Origin: Carcharhinus amblyrhynchos | Taxonomy: Eukaryota | Assembly (NCBI GenBank): GCA_965287045.1 | Contig: OZ336870.1 | Span: forward strand, 156,178,001 to 156,242,000 | DNA: 64,000 nt | Reading direction: 5' to 3' | Part shown: positions 53,650-64,000 of the stretch, one piece after another | Layout of the letters: the number at the start of each line of letters is the position of its first letter | Numbering within the stretch: the first letter of the stretch is position 1 | Notes under the pieces: generated by a model | What the model saw: the letters and a program-made list of their open reading frames with translations, nothing else | Databases searched by the model: none | What the model was told of the DNA's origin: nothing | Translations under genes and position numbers: made by a program

Positions 53650-54203
53650 GTGAGCAGAAATGTTTATGCAGTGAAAACTTGCTGCAGCATCCCTTGATGT
53701 GTGTTAACTGCTATGCTGCTGGCAGGTCTTAATATAGAGAGACTTGTTAACCAATGTTCTTGCCAGTTCATAGTAAAGCTGCTTATATAAAGTAAGTTTT
53801 CTTTCAAAATCTTTATCCACTATCAACATCATACCATATTATATATTCCTATCCTTATCCTTACTAGCAGATCCAATTCTAGATCCCATAGCAGTAAAAT
53901 TCAAATTGCCATTGTTCAATTCTGTTTGGCTCTGTTTTAACTTAAAGCTACTCTGCAGTCCAGTTTAATTATTTTTTTCCTATTTAACTACATTTTGTAA
54001 AATGGTTCCAAATGACAGGACAATTCTTGAGAGAATAAAAATGTATCTTCTTTTAGATCTAACAACTGTCTGAAACGTTTTTCTCCATGGGAAGACTGAT
54101 GCTTTGAATATCATTTTTCTAGGTATTGTTGACCTATAAATTGATACTGGGCTCATACTGTTCAGAAATAACTGCTTGGATTGTTAAAAACTTCTCTGAT
54201 AAG

Positions 54204-55030
54204 TGTGAGAGGATCCTAAAACCCAGAAAGGGTAACTTTGAACTCTGGTTCTTAGTGGTGTATATTTTCAATTTGGTATAATGTGAGAAAAGATATGAAA
54301 ATCAGTGAGGAACAATTCAGTCTGGTTAAAGGATTCTGGCTAAATAATATTTATCAATTTAAAAGAAACACACGAGAAAGACAACCAGACATTACAACAA
54401 TCCACTTAACTACAATAATGGCTATACACACACACAGTATTTTATGAAGTTAACATCTATTCCCAGCCATCTACATTCCTGAACTCTGAGAAATGACCCT
54501 TTCCCAAACAATATCCAATATTATATAACTCCACGAGCTAAATCCAACATATAGTTACCACTCAGGACTTATCCTCCAGTTTCGGAAAACCTTTTTCAGA
54601 TGAGCACAGTATTTCTTCTCTTTGAGAGTTTTTAAAACAGTGGCTTTCAGCACCAACTTGTTTCCAGGACGGTCTGTTTTTCCTGTTTGATGTGGTCATG
54701 GTTGTAGCTGCTCCTCTAATGTACACCTTTTCCTCCTCTCCTGCTGTATTCAGTTACCCTGCTATGGAATTGTTACTTTTTCCCTTTGATGTTATTCCTT
54801 CTCAACAACACCTTGGATCAGGCTTTTAGTATATAGGTGCAAATTATTTGCCTATCAAAAACAGCTATTTGGAGAGCTGCACTCAGATCAGTTTCCCTTT
54901 TTATCCAATTCTTTATTTTCTCCCATTTTTATTTTTAATCTTAATGAATTTAATCAATTCTTGCATCTTTCTTTTATTTCAGTATTTTGTCAGGATTAAA
55001 TTGTCTATTTTATTACAATTATTATTTAAC
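54204..55030. mobile_element. Possible solo LTR
   Basis: Begins TGTGAG after taag and ends near aca-taag, which overlaps the CR1 tail; composition resembles 27583-28338. Confidence 0.3.
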
Positions 55031-58000
55031 ATAAGAACACAAGAAATAGGAGCAGGAGTAGGCCATCTAGCCCTTCAAGCCTGCCCCGCCATTCAATAAG
55101 ATCATGGCTGATCTGTCGTGGCTCAGTTCCACTTTCCCGCCCTCTCCCCATAACCCTTAATCCCCTTGCCTATCAAAAACCTATCTACCCGCGTCTTAAA
55201 TATATTTAGTGAGGCAGCCTCCACCACTTCAACAGGCAGAGAATTCCAGAGATTCACCACCCTTTGAGTGAAGAAGTTCCTCCTCAACTCCGTTCTAAAC
55301 TGCCCCCCCCACTTATCTTGAGGCTGTGCCCTCTAGTCCTACTGTCCTTTCTGAGCGGGAAGAGTCTCTCCACCTCTATCCTATCCATCCCATTCATCAT
55401 CTTATATGTCTCAATGAGATCTCCCCTCGTTCTTCTAAACTCTAACGAGTACAAGCCTAGTTTATTCAGCCTTTCCTCATAGTTCAACCCCCTCAACTCC
55501 GGTATCAGCCTAGTAAACCTCCTCTGCACTCCTCCAAGGCCAAAATATCCTTGCATAAGTGCGGCGACCAAAACTGCACACAGTACTCCAGCTGCGGCCT
55601 CACCAGTGCCCTGTACAGTTGCAGCAAGACCTCCGTACTTTTATATTTAATCCTCCTCGTTATGAAGGCCAGCATCCCATTCGCCTTCCTGACCACCTGC
55701 TACACCTGCAGGCTGGGTTTTTGCGACTCATGCACAAGGACCCCGAGGTCCCTCTGCACCGTTGCATGCTGCAGTTTTTCGCCATGTAAGTAATAGTCCT
55801 TCCTACCATTATTCCTACCAAAGTGGACAACTTCACACTTGCTAACATTAAATTCCATTTGCCAGTTCCTGGCCCATTCGCCCAGCCTATCTAGATCCTT
55901 CTGCAGACTTTCCACGCCCTCTGCACAATTTGCCGTTCCACCAATCTTGCTGTCATCAGCAAATTTCGACACCATACACTCGGTTCCCTCCTCCAGATCA
56001 TCTATATAAATGGTAAATAGCTGAGGCCCCAGCACCGATCCCTGGGGCACTCCACTAGTCACCAACCGCCAATCCGAATAGCACCCATTGACCCCCACTC
56101 TCTGCCTCCTATTTGACAGCCAATCCCCGATCCACGCTAACACCCTACCCCCAACTCCATGCCCCCTAACCTTCTGTAATAACCTCTTGTGCGGCACCTT
56201 ATCAAACGCCTTCTGAAAATCAAGAAACACCACATCTACTGGCTCTCCTCTATCCACCGCCCTAGACACATCCTCATAGAACTCCAATAAATTTGTCAGA
56301 CACGACTTCCCCTTAACGAAACCATGCTGCGTCTACTCTATCAAACAATTCTCCTCAAGATGCCTCTCTATTTTCTCCTTGATCACGAATTCTAGCATTT
56401 TACCTACAACAGACGTTAAACTAACCGGCCTATAATTCCCTGCCTTTTGCCTGCTACCCTTCTTAAACAACGGCGTAACATTAGCCGTTTTCCAATTTTC
56501 CGGCACTTCCCCGGAATCCAGCAATGTTTGGAAAATAATCAAGGCATCCACTATCACCTCCGCCATTTCTTTCAGAACCCTTGGATGCATTCCATCCGGT
56601 CCTGGGGACTTGTCCACAATCAGTCCCTCCAGTCTGTCGAGCACTGCCTCTCTAGTAACAATAATGTCATTCAGGCCCTCCACTCCTACCATCTTTCCAT
56701 CGCTAACACCTGGCAAACTATTCACGTCCTCCTCCATGAAGACCGAAACAAAAAAGTTATTCAAGGCCTCAGCCATTTCCCCATCCCCTACCACTAAGTC
56801 CCCCCTCTCATCCTCTAAGGGTCCAACGTTCACCCTAGTCAACCTCTTCCTTTTAAAAACTCTTACTATCCTTTTTTATATTTAGCTCTAGCCCAGCTTC
56901 ATAGTTTATCCTACCCTGCTTTATCAACTTCTTCGTCATTCTTTGTTGATATTTAAACCTCTCCCAATCCTCTTCTCGCCCACTACTCTTAGCTACTCTA
57001 AACGCATCCGCTTTTAATTTAATACTATCCTTTACCTCCTTCGTTATCCATGGCTGATTATCTCTCCTCCTACGATCCTTTTTAACCATCGGAATAAATT
57101 TCTGCTGAGCACCAAGAAAGCTCTCCTCAAAGATCCTCCACTGTTCCTCAGCAGACCTACCTTCCAATGTGCTCCCCCAATCAACATTCACCAATTCCTC
57201 TCTCATCCTATCGTACTCCCCTCTATTCAAACAAAGGACACAGGTCCGGGAACCCACTTTCTCCTCCTCCATCTGCATCAGAAATTCCACCATACAATGA
57301 TCACTCCTCCCAAGAGGATCCTTCACCACAAGGTCCCTAATTCTACCTGCCTCATTACATAACACCAGATCCAAGATAGCTCGCCCCCTCGTCGGCTCCA
57401 ACACACACTGTTCAAGGAAACTATCCCGGCAGCATTCCAAGAACTCTTCTTCAAGCCCACCGCGTCCAGCATGGGTCGACCAATCAATATGTAGATTGAA
57501 ATCCCCCATAATTATCGCCGTTCCGTTCCTGCACGCTGCATTTATTTGCGTGTTAATAGCCCGCCCCGCCTCCAGATCATTATTTGGGGGCCTATAGACG
57601 ACACCCACCAGCGTCTTCCTCCCTTTGCTGTTCCTAATCTCCACCCACAACGATTCCACTTTCTGCTTTTTGGCTCCTATATCATCCCTTACTACCACCC
57701 TGATGCTATCCTTAATCCTCCCGCCTATCCTTCCTAAACACTTGATAGCCCTGTACATTCAGCTCCCAGTCCCTGTCACCCTGCAGCCACGTCTCTGTAA
57801 TGGCCACCAGATCATATCCATTTGTGCTGATCTGCGCCACCAGCTCATTCACTTTATTCTGAATGCTTCGTGCATTCAGATAAAGTGCCTTCATCCCAGC
57901 CTTTACCTGTACCCTATTTGCAGGAACGCCACCAACCTTACTCACGCCCCCTACTCCCTTTATTATTGGGACATCCTTGGCCTCTTCCCGTACCTGTACC

Positions 58001-59140
58001 CTCTCCTTTACTTTAGACCCTGTAATTTCACCTACCCTCGCACCCTCCCCTCCCTAATTAGTTTAAAGCCCTATCTACAGTCCTATCTACACGATTTGCC
58101 AGGACTCTGGTCCCAGCACGGTTCAGACCAACCCCATCCCACCTGAACAGGTCCCACCTACCCCAATACTGGTGCCAATGTCCCATAAATTCAAACCCAT
58201 TCCTCCCACACCAATCCCTGAGCCACCCATTCACTTCCTTAATCTTATCAACCCTATGCCCATCTGCATACGGTTCAGGCAGTAGTCCAGAGATAACCAC
58301 CTTGTCGGTTCTACTTTTTAATTCCATTCCCAGCTTTTCATACTCCCTCCCCAGATCCTCAGTTCACATTTTGCCTATGTCGTTGGCACCCACATGTACT
58401 ACAACGACCGGATTCTCACCCTCCCACTCCAGGTTCCTCTGCAGCCCAGATGCGACATCCTGGACCCGAGCACCAGGCAGACAACACACCCTTCTGTGCT
58501 CTTTGTCATTGTGACAAAGGACAGTGTCAATACCCTTAACCACACTAGCCCCAATTACCACTACATTCCTTTTCACCTTCTCTTTGTCTATGTCCTGTGT
58601 CTGCATCACTGTACCGTGTGCAGTTTGCTCACCAACCTCACCGCCCTCGTTCTCGTCCACACTGGAAGCAAGAACCTCAAACCTGTTATGCAGATTGAGA
58701 GGCTGAGGCATTTGGTCCCCACCCTCCTTCCTCCGGTCTCCACCCTCCTTCCTCCAGTCCCCACCCTCCTTCCTCCGGTCCCCACCCTCCTTCCTCTGGT
58801 CCCCACCCTCCTCCCTCCGGTCCCCACCCTCCTTCCTCCTCTCAGCAGCCCCCTCCTGTTCCTGACCCTTAGAGTTAGCCAGTCTAGGGGGTGTGGATGT
58901 TTCTTACACCCCATTATCAATGGCACCCTCCCTCCCCCTGATGAGCCTCAGTGTCTGTAGCTCAGAGGCCAGCTCATCTACTTTGAGCTGTAGCTCCTCC
59001 AGCAACCTGCACTTACTGCAGACGTGGTCACTGGGAAGGACCCTGGGGTCCACCAGCTCCCGCATCATACAGAAACAGCACATCACATGCCCCTCCATTA
59101 TTCCCTTTAGTACTACTTAAGTACTTTAGTACTATTTAAG
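55028..59140 (-). mobile_element. Near full-length CR1 LINE: ORF1 (zinc finger/leucine zipper + SGNH esterase) and ORF2 (APE + RT) with a few frameshifts
   Basis: ORF1 C..C...HVCSKC.LLEELQLKVDEL, NVVVIGASVVKG, VCCLPGARVQDV, VVVVHVGANDIG; ORF2 YLNARSI.NK, VAITETWL, MGDFN, SDH, KFADDSK; (ttcttatg)-type tail. Confidence 0.96.
58714..58839. repeat. 21-bp minisatellite x6 inside CR1 ORF1
   Basis: Unit ggtccccaccctccttcctcc, six near-perfect copies. Confidence 0.95.
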
Positions 59141-60024
59141 ACTTTAAATCTGATCAATGGGTGGGATTTTGTGCTGCCGCTTGCAATAGGTGGCAATGGG
59201 GCTGGGGGGAGCTGAGAAAAGAGGATTTACATTGGTGAGATTTCCCACAGCAAATGTCCCTAGCCCCTCCATTGGCGTGATTTGGTTCCTGCTGACAAAG
59301 GTGGGGGAAATGTGTTTGAATTCATTACTAAATCATTAGTGAGCCATCCTGCAGTAACCTCTCCTGAGGCACAACAACCTGCCCCGGTATTGCGCCACCA
59401 AGCCAGAGGGTTCTACAACAGCTTTTCAAAAGTGGGAACCTGGAAACCTCGGCCTCGATTCTCCCAAAAGAGCTGAATTGGCGGGAAAACTGTTCTAAAT
59501 CCCGACTATTTTATCAGTTCAACTTCTCACCCTAATCTCCCCACTCTGTACACTGCAGAGGTCCCAATTATGAGTCTCATTAAAATCCCGGGGAGGCAGG
59601 GCCTATCTGCACCCAATCTGACAGTTCTGGAACTCTGCGCATGCGCAATAGCCCTGATCTGTCAGATTCCCTGTTTGCTGGCTAGCTCAATCGCTAGCTA
59701 GGGTGAGACCCCCAGAGTGCTGCCCCTCCAACCACCCCCCATGGCCCAATCGTGCCCCACAACAGTTCCCAGGCCAACCTTGACCCCCTGTCCCAGAGTA
59801 CCCCAATGTCCAGTCCAGCCCCCCAGCAGTGGCAATCCCTCCCACCCCCCCCCCCCAGATTGCCCCAATTGCTGCGCCCCCTCCATCCCAATACAGAGTG
59901 GCAGCAGAAGCCCCCACCCCCACCAATCATCCCTAGGCCCTGCCTACAATAGGCCCTGCTCCCTTGGCACTGTAAAAAGTCTGACAACACCAGGTTTAAG
60001 TCCAACCGATTTATTTGATAGTAA

Positions 60025-60064
60025 ACTCACAAGCTTTCAGGGTTTGTCCCTTCATCAGGTGAAT
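60025..60064 (-). ncRNA. Minimal type I hammerhead ribozyme motif
   Basis: auucac CUGAUGA AGGG-ACAAA-CCCU GAAA GCUU gugagu; 6-bp stem I. Confidence 0.72.
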
Positions 60065-60120
60065 GGAGAGTTCTGGCCTCGGACAGAGCATATAACAAAG
60101 TTCTGAGGCCAAAACTCTCC

Positions 60121-60160
60121 ATTCACCTGACGAAGGGACAAACCCCGAAAGCTTATGAGT
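60121..60160 (+). ncRNA. Minimal type I hammerhead ribozyme motif (sense to the host pre-mRNA)
   Basis: auucac CUGACGA a GGG-acaaac-CCC GAAA GCUU augagu; one mismatch at the base of stem I. Confidence 0.65.
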
Positions 60161-60517
60161 TTACTATCAAATAAATCAGTTGGACTTAAACCTGGTGTTG
60201 TCAGACTTTTTACTGTGTTCATCCCAGTCCAACACCGGCATATCCACATCATGACCCCTTGGCACTGCCCAATGCCCCATGATCAGTGCCAAGGTGTCCC
60301 CTGGGCATGGACTGTGTCCCTTGGGCAGTGCCAGGGGGCACAGGCTGGCACTGCCAGGGTGCCCATACCCAGGGGGCACAACCCCTGCCGCCCAATCCCC
60401 TGGGGGGCCCCGATTGCCCCCCCTTCATTCCAGCAGGGTCCCCCACTAATTCCCCAAATGTGGGGAGCTATCTAAACCCCGCCGAAGTGAAGTACTTCTG
60501 GCAGGGTGGGAGGTTCA

Positions 60518-62118
60518 ATCAGGAATCTCCAGGTATCTAGATGGATTGATAACTGGCTTGGTAAGAGGAGACAGAGAGCAGTAGTGGAAGGGTCCTTTTC
60601 TAGCTGGAGATCTGTCACTAGTGGTGTGCCGCAGGGCTCAGTACTGGGACCCCTTCTATTTGTAATATACATAAATGACTTGGAAGAGGGAGTAAGTGGT
60701 GTGATCAGCAAATTTGCAGATGACACTAAGATGGCTGGATTGGCGGACAGTGAGGAGCAGTGTCAGGCAATACAATGGGATATAGATAGGCTGGTATATT
60801 GGGCAGATAAATTGCAAATGGAATTTAATCCTGATAAATGTGAGGTGATGCATTTTGGCAGAAATAATGTAGGGGGTGTTATATGATAGAGCGTAGACCG
60901 ATAAAGAATATAGAAATGCAGAGGGACCTGGGGGTGCAAGTGCACAAGTCTTTGAAGGTGGCAGTACAAGTGGAGAAGGTTGTGAAGAAAGCTTATGGTA
61001 TGTTAGCCTTTATAGGAAGGGTTATAGAGTATAAGATCTGGAGTCTAATGTTGCAGTTGTATAGAACATTGGTTAGGCCGCATTTGGAGTACTGCATCCA
61101 GTTATGGTCACCTTACTACAGAAAGATGTGGAGACCCTGGAGAGAGTGCAAAGGAGGTTTACCAGGATGCTGCCTGGTATGGAAGCACTGGGTTATGAGG
61201 AAAGATTGAGCAAATTGGGGCTGTTTTCCCTTGAAAGACGGTGACTGAGGGGAGATCTAATAGAGGTATATAAGATTATGAAGGGTATAGATAAACAGTG
61301 GTAAGCTTTTTCCTAGGTTGGAAACGCACATTACAAGGGGCCACGGGCTTAGGGTGAGGGGGGCGAGGTATAATTCGGATGTTAGAGAGAGGTTTTTCAC
61401 ACAGAGGGTAGTGGGGGTATGGAATGCTCTGCCAAGCAAGGTGGTGGAGGCAGGCACTCTGGAGTTGTTTAAGAGTTACTTAGATAGGCACATAAGCGGG
61501 ATGGAGATGGAGGGATATAGGAGAATGTTTTAAATAAGGTTCAGGAGCCTTGGATTCCTATGGACCTTCCAACATATTTTCTGGCTCACTTGTTTCACTT
61601 GGGGATTCCCTTGAATGTGTGTATAAGGATGTGGATGATACTGATGTTTTTCTCTTTTAATACACAGGTGCTTTGGTCCGCCTTGTTGTCCAACAAGGGG
61701 CATTCACACGATGGGTCGTACAAGGGCTGCTCTTGGTTGTTTCGAGAATAGCCTAGTACTTCACGTCGTTAGTGTATGCTTAAACTGGACTAGATGCAGG
61801 GCAACACAACAGCTCAGTGACTATCACTGTTTGCTGTGCAGATACATGGATTTGGGCCAGTGTCTGCGGGAATTTGCGCATTCTCCCCACGCTTGCGTGG
61901 GTTTTCTCCAGGTGCTCCGGTTTCCTCCCACACCCCAAAGATGTGCTATTAGGCTGATTGGTGTAACAAATTGTCCCTAAATTAGTCTTCCCTCAATGTG
62001 GAATGCCATAAGCATAGACAAGGGTCATGGGTGGAGGGGAGACTCATAATGTTAAAATGGCAGCGCGGGCTCATTGGGCCGAAGGGCCTGTTTCCCGGGC
62101 TGTTTTGTTCTTTGTTCT
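60518..62118 (+). mobile_element. 5'-truncated CR1 with long 3' region containing a V-SINE-like segment (~61799-62000)
   Basis: SGVPQGSVLGP, KFADDTK, LVRPHLEYC; CR1-type tail gggccgaagggcctgtttcc...tgttctttgttc ends at ~62118. Confidence 0.8.
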
Positions 62119-63410
62119 TCGTTGGGACCAGTAAGTTCCCAATAATGAAACATAAAAGACATTTAAAACATATTAAAAGCAGCTTCAAATTACTTACCTG
62201 TCTTCCCGCTGATTTCCAGTGTGATCTGACTGGCAATTGTTTTCCAACTTTGGGAGATACATGTGTTCCCGGCGCATGCGCAAATCCCGGAACAAGGCTG
62301 GCAAAGCATATCTCCTACCCTGACCTGACAGAAAAGTTGCAGGTCGGTATGGGAGAATCGTGGCCCTCATTTCTGAAGGGGAGTTCAGAGGTAATCAGTC
62401 TGGTAGTCTGTGCGGAGATCTAATGAGAGCAGACATGCACAAATAGGTGCAAAAGGCCTGATTGTTGACCACACCAGCAATCCAGAGCCGGTAAGATTGT
62501 GAGAGTGAGAAACCGGATGTGAACCTGGTTTTTTACCTCTCATGTGAACTTACCAGCTGGTACACTGACCAGCAGGATGACCAGTAAGATCTCCCCATGT
62601 CTTAAAGTTAGAGCTAGGCCAGCTAAGGAGTAAAATCAGAAAATATTTTTCCACACTGTGCTCATAGAACAGCTGAAACTATCTTCACCAAAGGCTGTGC
62701 ATAATAGGTCAAATTTACAAGATTAATATAAATTGATATTTGCTTAGTGGGGGAGATGCCAAGGAATATGAAGAAGTGTCAATAAAGTTAAGGTACAGAT
62801 CAGCCACAATAGAATGGCTTAACAGGCTTTAATATGTTACATTATATTAAACTTGGAATGCAGAACCAGGAAACACAAATTCAAATTAGGAAAAGATGAT
62901 TGTAGGATTGATTTCCAGGAAATCAAGCTTTATACAAAGAGAATCAATGCATAAAATAAACTTCCAGGTAGAATGTAGGTGGCAAAAATCTTGGAATAAT
63001 TCAAGAAATAATTCAGTCTTACATTCTGAGTTTGGGAATGAAAAGATCATTCTTGATGGGTGAATCAAGATGGATGAATACCCTTCCTCATCTATAATAA
63101 TCTTGTGAGTTGCAATAATGGATATTTAAACAGATAAGTTAGAACTTAAGTTATAGACAAGCCTGACAATCCAATATATCTGCTAATGACAAGTTTTATT
63201 AAACCTCAGTCTAAGAGCTTTGACCTCAACTAAACCAGTTGTTTAGCACAATACATTTTAGGACAGTAAAGTATTGGATTGCGCATTTTCCAATGTCACC
63301 TTAAAAGTATCATTATCTCCAGCTAAATATTGTTTGCCAGTTTGTGTTAAGTGTCTATGAATTTTTTTCTGTTTCAGGCCGTGATTCTAACAATTTTGCT
63401 TAAAATTTAG

Positions 63411-63604
63411 GACAAAGATTTTAAGAAAGAGCTATTACACAAAGGCCATTCCAATCCGACTGCAGAATTGACAACTAGCTTGAAAATCTATCAACACCAT
63501 AATCTGGACAAGGCCTACCGAGGAGATGATTTCTTCTGGGCATTTACTCCAGTGGCAGGAGACTTCATCAAATTCAGGTTCTTTCAACCACTGAAAGTTG
63601 AAAG
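63411..63604 (+). CDS. MGAT4B-like: MGAT4-family exon, [64 protein letters not shown](R), start of C-terminal lectin domain
   Basis: ctaac branch-like motif ~20 nt upstream, tttag acceptor, GTCAGT donor; 194 nt; matches MGAT4B DKDF...[40 protein letters not shown]. Confidence 0.94.
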
Positions 63605-64000
63605 GTCAGTGTATATTCTGTAAATCTATTTCACATATGTTATAGATCAATTATAATTATTTTTCCCTTCACTTGAGATTGAAACTAGATTTAGCCATGT
63701 TCACATCTTATCAATTGATGTTTCACCATTCTTTAGTGGTTTTTCAGTCCTCCCTATTTATAGTTATCTTCGTTGAGTAAATTTCTTCACTTCAAAGCTC
63801 AATTTACTTGTAATAGTTACTAGATTAGAAGATAACACTGTGGTCGGGTGGCCCTTAACTACTAGGATTGTTACAGAAGTATTGATATCTTTTCATGGCC
63901 AGGACTAAAAACTCAAAATGTGGAAGCCAAGTTTAAATCTAGCCGGACTGTGCAATTTGCAAACTGCAGAGCTGGAACAGATAATATTCATGCAGCCAGG

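Larger units (their letters stand above)
59973..60255. mobile_element. Penelope-like inverted pseudo-LTR insert with two hammerhead cores
   Basis: ~112-bp inverted arms (59972-60083 / 60102-60213), ~40-nt tail, 12-bp TSD cccttggcactg (59961-59972 / 60256-60267). Confidence 0.85.
59451..62365. mobile_element. GC-rich non-autonomous DNA transposon (PIF/Harbinger-like MITE) hosting Penelope-like and CR1 insertions
   Basis: TIRs ggcctcgattctccc / gggagaatcgtggcc (14/15), 3-bp flank ctc on both sides. Confidence 0.65.

Noticed and set aside
58714-58839. CRISPR-like array
   Set aside because: Contiguous tandem repeats without spacers, inside a eukaryotic LINE
60511-61543. aggttca as the TSD of the 60.5-kb CR1
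   Set aside because: No CR1 tail at 61536; the tail and resumption of the host MITE occur near 62118, so the match is probably chance

Overview
Vertebrate genomic DNA, almost certainly a shark/elasmobranch, judged from HE1-type V-SINEs, DeuSINEs and abundant CR1. The window lies inside one large + strand gene of the MGAT4 (N-acetylglucosaminyltransferase IV) family; it is MGAT4B-like and possibly the MGAT4D ohnolog. Five internal coding exons are present (4184-4259, 30843-30957, 38815-38945, 53542-53649, 63411-63604), all GT-AG and phase-compatible. They cover the EDD catalytic region and the start of the C-terminal lectin domain. The 8-27 kb introns are packed with TEs: a full-length RTE LINE, a near full-length CR1 and many CR1 fragments, a decayed Gypsy with its LTR, solo LTRs, a Tx1/L1 3' end, V-SINEs with two different tails, DeuSINEs and GC-rich MITEs. 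The most notable non-routine signals are: (1) short TSD-flanked palindromic Penelope-type inserts carrying minimal hammerhead ribozyme cores; (2) a U2 snRNA-derived repeat next to a Tx1 poly(A), split by a CR1; (3) a strong alternative 3' splice site that would add an in-frame stop just before the lectin domain; (4) an unclassified 223-bp duplicated element. Most ORFs in the supplied track are TE fragments or spurious. All family assignments are by eye and from recalled sequences; no database search was run.
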